In this document: piece after piece, positions 30,773 through 41,339 of the stretch | Numbering within the stretch: position 1 is the stretch's first letter | How the letters are laid out: every line of letters begins with the position of its first letter | From: Bdellovibrio sp. | GTDB taxonomy: Bacteria; Bdellovibrionota; Bdellovibrionia; Bdellovibrionales; Bdellovibrionaceae | DNA length: 64,000 bases | Reading direction: 5' to 3' | NCBI GenBank assembly: GCA_036676395.1 | Contig: JAKFCY010000003.1 | Coordinates: forward strand, 416,001-480,000 | Translations under genes and position numbers: made by a program | Notes under the pieces: generated by a model | What the model saw: only the letters and a program-made list of their open reading frames with translations | What the model was told of the DNA's origin: nothing | The model's database searches: none

Positions 30773-32803
30773 TTACGAAGCTTTACCGCCAGAGGCGTGA
30801 CCAGTGCCAGAAGCATGGTCAGCTAAAATAACTTCTTTTGCTTTTTCAGAAACAATTAAAGTTGGAAGCATAATAAATAAACCTGGAATATCTGGGTATA
30901 CTGATGCATCTACAACACGTAAGTTTTTTACACCGTGAACTTTAAATTTACTGTCAACTACGGCAGACATATCGTTGGCGCGACCCATTTTACTTGTGCA
31001 AGAGGCATGGTGTCCCCAAGCCTCTTTCATGATCCAAGATTTTAAATCATTCGGGTTTTTCATGTCATCGCCCGGATAAGTTTCGCGCTTGAAGTAATCA
31101 TCACCAATATATTTATTGATTCTACGGGCTACATTTAAACCTTCATAAACTGCATTTAAATCTTCGGTTAATCCATTTTTTTCGTCATGAAAATAACTGA
31201 AATTAATATTCGGTGTATCACGTGGATCAGTTGATTTTAACTTAACTTGGCCGGCATGATTTTTAGTGTGCCCTTTTAAAATCGCCCAAGTGAAATAACT
31301 TGGTTCATTTGGATTTTTTGGTGTCGTATCAGCTGAATAACTTGGGTAATAGCCTGTGAATTTACCCGGAACACCAAAGATACATAAATCAGGAGATTTT
31401 TGTTTGTCACTTGATTTACGAATTAACGATAAAGCCACACCATTAGATCCATAAATATGATCTTTTGGGTTTTTTAAATATTCTTGCCAGCAAGGATCTT
31501 TATCAAATTCATTGTTTTTGGCAAACGTACAATTTTCGATAAGTCCGATGGGCTTATTTAATTCGCTGACGACGGTTACTTCGTAACGGTCTTGTAAGTT
31601 TAAACCAACTCCAGGAAGGTTTTTAACCATCGGGATACCGTGTTTTTGTAATTCTTGTTCATTGCCGATTCCAGATAACATTAAAAGTTGCGGCGTATTA
31701 AATGCGCCACCCGCTAAGATAACTTCGCGTTTAACCATAGCTTTTTTCGGCGTGCCCATAAAAGCCGAAGCTTTTTGTTTATTCATTACATCAGCGCGGT
31801 AAGCATGTGCACCTTCGATAAATTCAACGCCGATGGCTTTTGTTTTATCGTTTGGATCAAAAATAACTTTTGTGCAAAGAGCATCAGTTTTAACAAATAA
31901 ATTACCCGGAAGGCGTTGTCGTGTTTCTAAAATCAACTCGCGAACACCATGGCGAATACCATTAACTGCATTGAATGGCATATTGAAAACGCCATTATAT
32001 TTTTTATCAACATAACCTTTATCGTTTGGATTTAGTTTTAAGCTTGGGCTTGTATTAATCATTTTTTGTAAACCGTCTAAATCTAAGTTTAATAGTTTAT
32101 CGAAAAAATTAGTCGTTGTATCCCAAGTATCAACTCTTAATGCTGCGGCCGCCATACGTGTTAAAAAGCGGTCTTTAGCTAAGGTCCATGGGCTGGATTG
32201 ATTCAGAGTTAACCAACCACCATTAGCCGATTGCATTTTTTGAAAACGAGAATACATGTCTTTTGCGTTCCACGAAGCATCACCAGTTAAATTACCAATG
32301 TTGTTCCAGTCTTCGTTATCAGGATATAAATTAATTAAAGCATTTACACGAGTACAGCCACCGATACCAGCCGCGCGCGGATAATAAATGCTTGGATTAT
32401 TTTTTTGAAATTTAGAATTCCAGGTTTCCATGTTTTTATAGAGACTGCTGCCTTGGTAACGGTCGACGAAATAAGACCAGTTTAAAAGTGGATCATCACT
32501 GGCTTTAGCATGAAATACTGGAGTCGCAGACATCTTATTTGTACTTTCGCCGCCAGCTTCTAAAAGTAAAACGCGGTAGCCAGATTTTGCAAGTCCACAA
32601 GCTAGTGGCCCGCCCCCGGCTCCAGAGCCTACGATAATAAAATCAAAACGATCGTTTTCATCGATCTTCCAATTATTATCTGCAGAAGGCGCACGTGTTA
32701 AAGAATCAAATGTTGAACATCCCGTAAACGCAGCGGCCGTAGCAGCAACAGCGGTAGCAGATTGAACAAACTTTCTACGATTGATTTTTTTATTTTTCTT
32801 CAT
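30773..32803 (-). CDS. GMC (choline dehydrogenase-like) oxidoreductase; Tat lipoprotein
   Basis: NRRKFV Tat motif, FTGC lipobox, GSGAGG, TPQLLMLSGIG, WGHHASCT, LRVVDAS. Confidence 0.9.
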   Translation of the reverse strand: MKKNKKINRRKFVQSATAVAATAAAFTGCSTFDSLTRAPSADNNWKIDENDRFDFIIVGSGAGGGPLACGLAKSGYRVLLLEAGGESTNKMSATPVFHAKASDDPLLNWSYFVDRYQGSSLYKNMETWNSKFQKNNPSIYYPRAAGIGGCTRVNALINLYPDNEDWNNIGNLTGDASWNAKDMYSRFQKMQSANGGWLTLNQSSPWTLAKDRFLTRMAAAALRVDTWDTTTNFFDKLLNLDLDGLQKMINTSPSLKLNPNDKGYVDKKYNGVFNMPFNAVNGIRHGVRELILETRQRLPGNLFVKTDALCTKVIFDPNDKTKAIGVEFIEGAHAYRADVMNKQKASAFMGTPKKAMVKREVILAGGAFNTPQLLMLSGIGNEQELQKHGIPMVKNLPGVGLNLQDRYEVTVVSELNKPIGLIENCTFAKNNEFDKDPCWQEYLKNPKDHIYGSNGVALSLIRKSSDKQKSPDLCIFGVPGKFTGYYPSYSADTTPKNPNEPSYFTWAILKGHTKNHAGQVKLKSTDPRDTPNINFSYFHDEKNGLTEDLNAVYEGLNVARRINKYIGDDYFKRETYPGDDMKNPNDLKSWIMKEAWGHHASCTSKMGRANDMSAVVDSKFKVHGVKNLRVVDASVYPDIPGLFIMLPTLIVSEKAKEVILADHASGTGHASGGKAS

Positions 32804-33010
32804 CTCTATAGAATAGTGGCCAGGGGCTTCTTTCAAAAGTCCGGATCGCCGACAGCCAGACCAGCGTCTAGTGTGTCAACCCTGGTTCGGTGCAAAAACG
32901 GTAAAGTTTTTGTCAATTTGTAAAGAGTGCCGGGGCATAATTCACCATTTATAAGGTCGATAAAGTTATATTTAGCGTAGTGAGCCAAGATTGGCTATAT
33001 TCGCCAACTT

Positions 33011-35035
33011 ATGGCAATTAAAAAACTCTGGCTGAATCTTTCAGTCCAAAAAAAGCTATTTAGCTTAGTCGGCATCATGGCCCTGCTGGTAACTTTGGAG
33101 TTATTTACATTAATTTTTGCTATGAATACTCTTTCAGGAGTTCGCGGGTATGTCGGCGGCGAAGGTGTTTGGTCTAAAGGGCAAAAAACTGCAGTTTATA
33201 ATTTGTTGCAATATCTATTCACGAAACAACCGGAGAACTACGAAAAATTTAAAACGGCGCTCGAGGTGCCTTTAGGTGATCGGGATGTTCGCATTGAATT
33301 ATTAAAAGATACCTATGATGCCAAGATTGTTGATGAAGGTTTTGCTCAGGGACACATTCACGCAAGCGATAGACCTGCAATGATTCGTCTGGTGAGACGT
33401 TTTAAGGATGTGCCAATATTGGCCAAGACCATAGATATTTGGGCCCAAGGTGACGAACAGATCGAAGAGCTCATGTTGCTGGGCGAAACAATTCATCGCG
33501 AAGTTTCGCGCGGAGCAATTAACCAAAACAGACAACATTATTTTATCTTTGCAATTAATCGGCTAGACGACGAACTTTCTCGGCTTGAAACCGAGTTTTC
33601 ATCTACCTTAGGAGACGCTTCGCGCGTTTTAGAAGATGTATTAATGTTTGTTCTAATTTTTGCGATTCTGATTGTTGAATCGACAGGGCTTTATTTAACC
33701 TACCGTGTGGGCCGCAGTCTCACGAATACTTTACGTGAATTAAATGCAGCTGCGATCAAAGTTGGTAATGGTGATTTTTCGCAAAGAGTGCAAGTTCGAT
33801 CGCACGATGAACTTGGGCAATTGTCTGAATCAATAAATAAGATGGTCGAGCGGTTAGAAAATCAAACACAAGAACGCCAACATGCTGAACAAGCAAGTCA
33901 GGCTAAAAATTTATTTCTGGCAAATATGTCGCATGAAATTCGCACGCCCCTAAATGCCATTTTAGGTTTTTCTGAAATTTTACAAGATCAGTACTTAGAA
34001 GAGCCTGATAAAAAGCGCTACGCGGCTATTATTCGCCGTACAGGCGAAAGTTTAAATACAATCATTAATGATATTTTAGACATTTCAAAAATTGAAGCCG
34101 ACCACATTGAATCACAAGAGGCAGCCTTTTCGCTTCCGCAAATGCTTTCAGACTTATATGCCTTATTAAAAATGCGCTGTGATGAAAAAGGCATTCAGCT
34201 TATTTTCGAACGCATTGGTTATGTGTCTGAATACATTGTTTCTGACCAGACAAGACTGCGCCAAATTCTAACGAATTTGATTGGTAATTCAATTAAGTTT
34301 ACCGAAAAAGGTCATGTGATGTTGACCTATGAAGTTCGTGGTTCAATGTTGTTTTTTACCGTCAGTGATACAGGAGCCGGAATCTCTGAAGAACAACGCG
34401 GAAATCTATTCAAAGTTTTTTCTCAGGGTGATAGCTCGGTTAGAAAAAAATATGGCGGTACAGGTTTGGGGCTAAGTATCGCCCAAAAGCTTTCGCAACT
34501 GTTAGGTGGCGATTCGGGATTATTAGACAGCGAAGAAGGTTTAGGAAGTTTATTTTACGTTCAGATAAAATATCAGCCCGCTGAAAAGCCTGTGACTGAA
34601 GAAGCTCCGACAAATACGCCGATTAATACGCGTCTTATAGAGAATAAAAATATTTTAGTTGTTGAAGATTCATTAGATAATCAAATGCTGATTGAATTCT
34701 ATTTAACGAAAAATAAAGCTAACGTCGTGTTTGCCAATAACGGCTTAGAAGGTGTCGAGGCGGCTTTAAAAGGAAACTTCGATTTAATATTAATGGATAT
34801 TCAAATGCCTATTTTAGATGGTTACGCAGCCACCGAAGAATTACGCCGCCAGGGCGTGGCGATTCCAATTATCGCCCTAACTGGCTATGCTATGAAAGAA
34901 GACCAAGATAAGTGTATGCGCGCAGGCTGTAACGAGTTCTTAGCTAAGCCTATTCACAAAGATAAGCTTCTGGCGACTTTGGCAAAATACTTTCAGGCAA
35001 CTAAGCTTAAACAGCGCCCGCTTGATTTCATTTGA
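33011..35035 (+). CDS. Hybrid sensor histidine kinase (HAMP-HisKA-HATPase-receiver)
   Basis: DELGQL HAMP, MSHEIRTPLN, GGTGLGL, LMDIQMP. Confidence 0.93.
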   Translation: MAIKKLWLNLSVQKKLFSLVGIMALLVTLELFTLIFAMNTLSGVRGYVGGEGVWSKGQKTAVYNLLQYLFTKQPENYEKFKTALEVPLGDRDVRIELLKDTYDAKIVDEGFAQGHIHASDRPAMIRLVRRFKDVPILAKTIDIWAQGDEQIEELMLLGETIHREVSRGAINQNRQHYFIFAINRLDDELSRLETEFSSTLGDASRVLEDVLMFVLIFAILIVESTGLYLTYRVGRSLTNTLRELNAAAIKVGNGDFSQRVQVRSHDELGQLSESINKMVERLENQTQERQHAEQASQAKNLFLANMSHEIRTPLNAILGFSEILQDQYLEEPDKKRYAAIIRRTGESLNTIINDILDISKIEADHIESQEAAFSLPQMLSDLYALLKMRCDEKGIQLIFERIGYVSEYIVSDQTRLRQILTNLIGNSIKFTEKGHVMLTYEVRGSMLFFTVSDTGAGISEEQRGNLFKVFSQGDSSVRKKYGGTGLGLSIAQKLSQLLGGDSGLLDSEEGLGSLFYVQIKYQPAEKPVTEEAPTNTPINTRLIENKNILVVEDSLDNQMLIEFYLTKNKANVVFANNGLEGVEAALKGNFDLILMDIQMPILDGYAATEELRRQGVAIPIIALTGYAMKEDQDKCMRAGCNEFLAKPIHKDKLLATLAKYFQATKLKQRPLDFI

Positions 35036-35082
35036 AACTTTTAAAGTTTTGGCTATAGTTAAGCCAAAACTGAAGGGCACTG

Positions 35083-35880
35083 ATGAAAAAATTTAAATTT
35101 ATTTTAACGTTAGTTTTATGGTCGCAAGTAGCTGCAGCAAATCCTTCAGCACTTTGTGAATCAAATGGGGTTGATGGTTTGGTGCGTTTTTCGAATGGAA
35201 TCACGCCTTCAACTAAAAATACTGTTCAGGTTTTAACTTGGAATGTTTTAAAATTTAAAAGAGAAAATTCTTTTACAAATTTTACGAACCTTTCAAATCA
35301 AGCTGATGTTGCTTTTATTCAAGAGGCCATTCATTCAACCGATCTCCAAAATAAAATTGCTCAAAGTGTATCTATGGATTGGACTTTTTTTAAAAGCTTT
35401 TGTCGTGAGTACGGTGCCAGCGGAGTTCAAACGGGCAGCCGTTTTCCACAGTTGCAAGCAGAGGCAGTTTTAGCACCTGCGGTAGAACCGATCGTGAACA
35501 CTCCTAAAGTAACCGGCTATTCGGTGGTTGAAATTTCTGGACATAAAGTTTTATTAATCAATGTGCATGGTTTGAATGCGAATAAAGGTTTAGATTTTGA
35601 AAAGCATATGGATCAAATTTATAACGTGGCTATAAAATTTGAAGGACCAGTTATTTGGGCCGGAGATTTTAACACATGGAACCCAGTACGCATGGCGTAT
35701 TTAAAAAATAAAGCTCAAGCTTTAGGAATGACTTTGCTTGTGCCTGAAACTGATATTCGTAAATTAAAGCTAGATCACATCTTAGTGCGTGGATTTAAAG
35801 TTAAAGCAGTCAAAATCCTTGATACCTATGTATCATCTGATCATTGGCCAATTATAGCTGAGCTAGAATTTGCTCCATAG
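35083..35880 (+). CDS. Secreted endonuclease/exonuclease/phosphatase family protein
   Basis: TWNVLK, QE, AGDFNTW, LDHI, SSDHWP. Confidence 0.88.
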   Translation: MKKFKFILTLVLWSQVAAANPSALCESNGVDGLVRFSNGITPSTKNTVQVLTWNVLKFKRENSFTNFTNLSNQADVAFIQEAIHSTDLQNKIAQSVSMDWTFFKSFCREYGASGVQTGSRFPQLQAEAVLAPAVEPIVNTPKVTGYSVVEISGHKVLLINVHGLNANKGLDFEKHMDQIYNVAIKFEGPVIWAGDFNTWNPVRMAYLKNKAQALGMTLLVPETDIRKLKLDHILVRGFKVKAVKILDTYVSSDHWPIIAELEFAP

Positions 35881-36382
35881 AATCACTGATAATCAGCATA
35901 TCAAGATGCTCTTGTGAAACTAAACCAGACTTTACGCAATTTTTTAAAAATTCTAAATAATGATCATAAAACCCATTGTGATTTAAAATCGCGATGGGCT
36001 TATCGTGTAATTTAATTTGTCGCCAGGTAATGATTTCATTTAATTCATCCATCGTGCCAAAGCCGCCAGGTAAGGCGATAAAGGCATCAGAGAGTTCCAT
36101 CATTTTTAATTTTCGTTGGTGCATGGTTTCGACCTGATGAAGTTCGGTAATTTTTTCGTGAGCGACTTCAAAGTCAAAAACAAGCTTTGGAATAACCCCG
36201 ACGACGCGTCCGCCCTGGGCTAAGGCGCCGTCAGCCACCTGACCCATTAATCCAACCTTAGCACCACCATAAACCACGCTATGGCCATGTTCAGCGATCA
36301 TTTCGCCGACCTTGTAGGCCATTGGCATTAAGCTAGCGTCATTACCCTTGCGCGAACCACAATAAATACAAATCGACTTCAT
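35852..36382 (-). CDS. LOG family nucleotide phosphoribohydrolase (TIGR00730)
   Basis: YCGS, VYGG, MHQRK, LPGGFGTMDE. Confidence 0.92.
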   Translation of the reverse strand: MKSICIYCGSRKGNDASLMPMAYKVGEMIAEHGHSVVYGGAKVGLMGQVADGALAQGGRVVGVIPKLVFDFEVAHEKITELHQVETMHQRKLKMMELSDAFIALPGGFGTMDELNEIITWRQIKLHDKPIAILNHNGFYDHYLEFLKNCVKSGLVSQEHLDMLIISDSMEQILAQL

Positions 36383-36559
36383 AGGCTCTATTTTGCAGTC
36401 AAAAACCCATTAAGACATCTGCAAAGTGGTTCCACGTCTAGGTTCCAAGTTGGGTTTTACCGGGCAAATTTGCCACAGAGAAAAAATGGCTATTGCGGTT
36501 TTTAGAAGGGATCAGTTATACATCAGCCATCAATTTAACTTTTAACAAAGGAATAAAAA

Positions 36560-36991
36560 ATGAAAACATTATTAGCTTCAATGGTATTTGCTTTTTCAAC
36601 AATCGCAGCTGCAGCAACTTATGAATTACCTAAAAAAAGTACAAACTTATCGTTATTAACTGAAGGCAAAGTTTCAGTAGTAACACATATGCCTAATTGC
36701 CCGAAACCAGCAATGTGCGAACCAGCAGCGATTTTAAAAATTCAATTTACATTAAATGGCTGCATGGACACTTTAGGTCCTGTAACAATCAATCAAGTCG
36801 GCACAACTGCTGACGGCAAAATGAAATTCGTAGTTACAGCTTACAACACAGCTAATGAAGCTTCTACTTACACAAAATGCTTTCGTGCGCCAATTGGTGT
36901 TGCAACTCAAGTTATCGGCTTAGGTTTTTTATCAAACGACAGCGTAGAAGTTGAATTCTCGAACCATTTTGTTCGTACTGAAACTTTATAA
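36560..36991 (+). CDS. Secreted hypothetical protein with Cys pairs
   Basis: AAGGA RBS, signal peptide, CPKPAMC. Confidence 0.75.
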   Translation: MKTLLASMVFAFSTIAAAATYELPKKSTNLSLLTEGKVSVVTHMPNCPKPAMCEPAAILKIQFTLNGCMDTLGPVTINQVGTTADGKMKFVVTAYNTANEASTYTKCFRAPIGVATQVIGLGFLSNDSVEVEFSNHFVRTETL

Positions 36992-37026
36992 GCTAAGATT
37001 TTAAAGTTAGCCGCAGAACTCACCAC

Positions 37027-37482
37027 CTAGATCAGTGACTGCGGCGCTACAGATTCATTTGTCGGAAGATGAATTTCCATTGAAATATGAGTATTTAAAA
37101 TTTTTCCGACCGGGCAGTTATCTTTTGTAAGGCTTGCGATTTCGTCAATTTCTTTTGGTCGTGCACTGGGTATGCTGGCAACGATACGCAAGTGAATTTG
37201 TGGAATCTTCCAGCCACTTAAAGTTTTATCTAAATGCACCTCGGCAGTAACATCTAGGCGCTCTGGTATATGCCCGCGCTTTTCTAGTTCGCCAGCTAAG
37301 GCCATAGAAAAACAACTTCCATAAGCTGCACCGATTAATTCTTCGGGATTCGTGCCCGGTAATTCTTCGAAGCGTTGCGAATAAGAATAAGAAATATTTT
37401 GTAGCGCTCCACTTTCTGTCGAGATAGTTCCTTTGCCGCGTTTTAAGCCCCCGCGCCAGTGGATAAGTGCTGTTTTTTTCAT
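37027..37482 (-). CDS. osmC: OsmC family peroxiredoxin
   Basis: GTNPEELIGAAYGSCFSMAL, NCPV. Confidence 0.88.
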   Translation of the reverse strand: MKKTALIHWRGGLKRGKGTISTESGALQNISYSYSQRFEELPGTNPEELIGAAYGSCFSMALAGELEKRGHIPERLDVTAEVHLDKTLSGWKIPQIHLRIVASIPSARPKEIDEIASLTKDNCPVGKILNTHISMEIHLPTNESVAPQSLI

Positions 37483-37498
37483 ATTTTATTCTCCTTAT

Positions 37499-38170
37499 TT
37501 AAATATAACTTTCGCGCATTTTTGTATTGCGCGCTTTCATAATGTCTAAGACCTCTTGATCAGTAACTTGGGTAAAATCTATATAAAACTGGCTGACGGC
37601 CAGTAACGTTGATGATTGCTGAAAACAAACGATGTCGTCAAATTCGGGCGGATGCGATTGCACTGTCGCATCCGGAGCAATCGGAACCGCTAAAATAATC
37701 TGTTGCGCACCCTTGCTTCGCACGTATTGGGCCGCTACGCGCGCAGTAACTCCCGTGGCAAGGCCATCATCAACAAGGATGATCGTTTTACCGTCAAGCG
37801 CAGGCAGCGGCCTATCATCGCGGTATTTTTTTATCCTGCGTGTAACTTCAAGAGTTTCTTTTTCAACCACTTGCTGAATTTGCTGCGGCTGAATATCAGA
37901 AACGCGAATGGCACCGGGATCTGTCCAGTAGTAACCTTCTTCAGTAATCGCCCCAATGCCATATTCGGGCTGATACGGATGGCCAATTTTTCTAACCACT
38001 AAAATATCCATGGGGATATTTAAGACATTTGCGACTTCAACGGCCACGGGCACTCCGCCACGCGGCAGCGCTAAAATCAAACTATTCATTCGATCCAGTT
38101 TGATTGCTTTTTGTAGATGAGTCGCGAGTAGCCGCCCAGCGTGTTTACGATCTTGAAATATTTTTTTCAT
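37499..38170 (-). CDS. Phosphoribosyltransferase family protein
   Basis: FQDRKHAG, LPRGGVPV, VRKIG, VDDGLATG. Confidence 0.88.
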   Translation of the reverse strand: MKKIFQDRKHAGRLLATHLQKAIKLDRMNSLILALPRGGVPVAVEVANVLNIPMDILVVRKIGHPYQPEYGIGAITEEGYYWTDPGAIRVSDIQPQQIQQVVEKETLEVTRRIKKYRDDRPLPALDGKTIILVDDGLATGVTARVAAQYVRSKGAQQIILAVPIAPDATVQSHPPEFDDIVCFQQSSTLLAVSQFYIDFTQVTDQEVLDIMKARNTKMRESYI

Positions 38171-38202
38171 AGTTTTGGTCCAAACCAACACCAATAAACA
38201 GC

Positions 38203-38233
38203 AAAAAAAAAGCCGAGGTTAATTGCCTCGGCT
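38203..38233 (-). terminator. Intrinsic terminator
   Basis: AGCCGAGG...CCTCGGCT with A9 run on the plus strand. Confidence 0.75.
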
Positions 38234-38261
38234 ATAAATTATTTATTTTTTAACACAGAAC

Positions 38262-38867
38262 CTATCTTGGAAATTTAGTTTCTAAATCTTTGATGAGTTG
38301 TAACCAAGTTTTTTGGTCAGCCAATAAAGTTTGAGTTTCTTCAGCCCAAGCTGGGTATTCAGCGATATCAGTTCTATAACAATTTACATCAGGAGTTTCA
38401 GTGTAAAAGCTATAGTTAGTAGACCAGCAAGCTGGATCCATTATGCCGTTCATAGTTTCTAAGAAATTATTGATCGCTGGTAATTTTTGTCCGCTTAAAT
38501 TAGCTTTCACGTACGGCGCAATCATTTCCGGAAATCCATCAATGCGCACATCACGTTTTAACATAACTTCTGACACTTCTTCTTGATAAAATTCGATTAA
38601 ACCGAATTTTTTAGAAATGATAGTGTATCCCTTAGCCGGATAATCTTTTTTCGGTGAACAATAGTTCTTAATAACGATCATATCAGGGCTTGTGTAAACA
38701 CAGCTCTTGATCGTCGCGAAACCGAAAGCCATTCCAGTTTCAGTGTATTTGAAACTAGTAGCATCGATTGTTGCCATTAAGTCTTTAACTGGTTTTGCTT
38801 CAAGCAATACCGCGTGAGCGTTGATAGATAGAAGACAGATTGTGATAAGTTGGATTAGTGTTTTCAT
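38262..38867 (-). CDS. Secreted hypothetical protein
   Basis: Signal peptide (AHA); 201 aa. Confidence 0.75.
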   Translation of the reverse strand: MKTLIQLITICLLSINAHAVLLEAKPVKDLMATIDATSFKYTETGMAFGFATIKSCVYTSPDMIVIKNYCSPKKDYPAKGYTIISKKFGLIEFYQEEVSEVMLKRDVRIDGFPEMIAPYVKANLSGQKLPAINNFLETMNGIMDPACWSTNYSFYTETPDVNCYRTDIAEYPAWAEETQTLLADQKTWLQLIKDLETKFPR

Positions 38868-38943
38868 ACTTAAAGCCTAGAACAGCTGTGAATATTGGCA
38901 AGTATAAACAAATAAACAAAAGAAATAGTGCAAAAGCGGAACT

Positions 38944-38970
38944 AAAGTCGAGGTCTTTTGCCCCGACTTT
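38944..38970 (-). terminator. Intrinsic terminator candidate
   Basis: AAAGTCG(A)GG...CC(C)CGACTTT. Confidence 0.6.
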
Positions 38971-38994
38971 ATAAAACTTAACTCGGTGTAATAA

Positions 38995-39564
38995 TTAAAA
39001 AATATAACCAGCACCAACTAAAATATTAGATGCCGATTCATAGGTGTGAGTCATCGTTTGTAAACCAACATTGAAGGCCATGTGATTTAATTTGTAAATG
39101 CCATCAGCGCGTAGTCCAAAGCCGGTGTTGTTTTCAACATCACGTAAATCAGTTCTTCTTTCAAAAACCATGAATGGGTTAATTACGAAATTTTTATTCA
39201 TATCGTGTGGCATAATATAATACGCACCACCCAGCATAACTTGAGTCGTCTCAACACTTAATTCAGTTCCATCGGCAAAAGATTTTTTGCTGATGGGTTC
39301 TTTTTTATCGGATTCACCAGAATAACCCAAAGAAAAAGCCGTCGCTTGGCCAACAAATAAATTGGCGTTGATGTTAAAATTTCCAGTAATTAAACCACTA
39401 ATTGCAGTTGAGATGTGTCCTGCAGGTTGCATAATTTGCGAAGGAGTTACCGCCGCTAATTGAATTTTTGAAGTCTCAACAGACTGAGCTGTTGAAGCAG
39501 GTTTTTTAGCGTAAGCAGAAACAGATAAAACGATCGTTGCAAAAGCAATTGCGAATACTTTCAT
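38995..39564 (-). CDS. Small outer-membrane beta-barrel protein
   Basis: Signal peptide; C-terminal VGAGYIF. Confidence 0.75.
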   Translation of the reverse strand: MKVFAIAFATIVLSVSAYAKKPASTAQSVETSKIQLAAVTPSQIMQPAGHISTAISGLITGNFNINANLFVGQATAFSLGYSGESDKKEPISKKSFADGTELSVETTQVMLGGAYYIMPHDMNKNFVINPFMVFERRTDLRDVENNTGFGLRADGIYKLNHMAFNVGLQTMTHTYESASNILVGAGYIF

Positions 39565-39668
39565 GAAAAATTCCCCTCTATGGTTATTGTTAGTTGATTA
39601 TAGAAAGGTAATTTACGAATGAACAAGAAAGTATTTATTTACAGAAATAAGTGCGCAAATATTGTGCG

Positions 39669-40406
39669 CTATTTTTTTAAAATAAGCATCACACCTAAGA
39701 CATTGCTATTAGCATCGACTGAATAGGTTTTACCAGTGGTTGCTGTGTATGCGGGAGTGCTTGTCCAAGCTTGCCATTTCTGGGCAGCAAAGGCGCCGTA
39801 TTGTAAATTTGAACTGTGGTGATAAAGCGCGCCTAAATACGCCCAACGTTCTTCAGTTGAATGTGAACCATAGTTCAAAGCTAATACATGTTCTGCTTGC
39901 AGAAAAAAACTGGCGATGGGTTTATCTTCGCCTAACCAAAAATAAGTTAGGTTTGGTCGCAGTCGCAGTGATTGGTCAGAATTGAAAAAGTTATATTCAT
40001 AACGAGTTTTAAATTCGAAAGTCCAATTATTACCTAAGCTAAACTTTGGCGAGACATCTAGAATCGCTAAATCTTCACCGCGATCTTCGGTGTTCTTCCA
40101 TTGCCAAACCGCAGATGAATCTTTAAACCAGTCTTCGTTATGACGAAATCCATATTGGCGTTGGTAAAATAATCCTGCGCGTAAGTTATCAAAAAAGCGG
40201 TAATAGCTGCCAAGAAAAATCGTTTTATATTCGCGACCATCAGATTGATCGGCTAACTGGATTTCGCTGAATAAAGTAAATTGTTTTACCGGGTGTAAAT
40301 AACGAAGACGAACTTCACTTTCAGTTGTTGTTTTAATATCGTCAGGAACGTTGCCAACAGCAAGAGCTGTGCTGCTAAAAAATAATATCAGAAAAAATTT
40401 AATCAT
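39669..40406 (-). CDS. DUF2490-like outer-membrane beta-barrel
   Basis: Signal peptide; FKTRYEY, LRLRPNLTY, ERWAYLG strands. Confidence 0.65.
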   Translation of the reverse strand: MIKFFLILFFSSTALAVGNVPDDIKTTTESEVRLRYLHPVKQFTLFSEIQLADQSDGREYKTIFLGSYYRFFDNLRAGLFYQRQYGFRHNEDWFKDSSAVWQWKNTEDRGEDLAILDVSPKFSLGNNWTFEFKTRYEYNFFNSDQSLRLRPNLTYFWLGEDKPIASFFLQAEHVLALNYGSHSTEERWAYLGALYHHSSNLQYGAFAAQKWQAWTSTPAYTATTGKTYSVDANSNVLGVMLILKK

Positions 40407-41037
40407 AATCTTCTTTTAAAAGATTTTCGTATTTAATTTCTACTTCGTTTTCAACTTCACCTTTTGCGGGATCAAGATTCCAATTTAGTTTTTTTGTCCA
40501 AGCATACTTTTTTGGAGGAGTTACATCTTGGCCAACCGGAATAACAACACCTTCACCTTCATTAACCACGACTGATTTTTTACCTTTAGTGCTGGTGACT
40601 TCAACGCTACCTTCGTTCACACACATCCAGACATCAGATTTTTTATCTTCGCTTTGGCCGTAAGAAGTAAAAAATTCTGTACCGCGAACTCCAATAACTG
40701 CAACTGGGGTATGTACTTTAAATTGTTGGTTCGGTTTTTGTTTTGAAACCTTACTAAAGAGTGAACCAGAATTTAGATTAATACTGTTATCATTAGGAAT
40801 TGATAAATCAGTTTTAATGCCTAATTTAAAAGTTGCTCCGTCATCCATGGTGATGATTGCAAAAGATTTTAATCCAGTTTTAATATTATCGCCTGAACTG
40901 ACAACTGTGCCCGGTAGTGCTTTGGTCGTTTTACCTTGAGAAGTAAGACTGACTTCGCCGCGCACATGATTAATTTTACCGGTTGCTGACTCGACGATGA
41001 CAGGAGACATGAGGATGAAAAAAATGTATAAGCGCAT
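40399..41037 (-). CDS. FecR-domain protein
   Basis: GDNIKTG, TPVAVIGVRGTEF, VNEGSVEV. Confidence 0.85.
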   Translation of the reverse strand: MRLYIFFILMSPVIVESATGKINHVRGEVSLTSQGKTTKALPGTVVSSGDNIKTGLKSFAIITMDDGATFKLGIKTDLSIPNDNSINLNSGSLFSKVSKQKPNQQFKVHTPVAVIGVRGTEFFTSYGQSEDKKSDVWMCVNEGSVEVTSTKGKKSVVVNEGEGVVIPVGQDVTPPKKYAWTKKLNWNLDPAKGEVENEVEIKYENLLKEDYD

Positions 41038-41127
41038 AAGCTAATCACACTCGATTAGCTTTTTAAATACAAGATTGTTTTTGTTTAGCTTTTTTGATCG
41101 TATCAGCTGAGCGGAGCCGAAACATAA

Positions 41128-41217
41128 TGGCGGAAAGTGAGGGATTCGAACCCTCGAGCCCCGCGAAGGGCTGCCAGTTTTCAAGACTGGTGTATTCAAC
41201 CGCTCTACCAACTTTCC
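41128..41217 (-). tRNA. tRNA-Ser (TGA)
   Basis: GGAAAGT acceptor stem, CCAGT-CTTGAAA-ACTGG anticodon arm, long variable arm, CCA. Confidence 0.96.
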
Positions 41218-41339
41218 GTCGACTGTTTTATAAAAAATGAGCCTTCGGTTCAATGAGTTTTTCGCAAAACGGCATTTCGATGCGCCGCGCACAAAGTTGG
41301 ATTTGCTACTTAAAGTGACAGCAATGTTAGATTCAGAGC

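Noticed and set aside
38051..38060. CACTCCGCCA identical to the 3' end of tRNA-Ser(GCT), a possible attR
   Set aside because: Only 10 bp, lies in the conserved RGGV codons of the phosphoribosyltransferase, and no integrase is present
41041..41292. 83-aa ORF
   Set aside because: Spans tRNA-Ser(TGA); spurious
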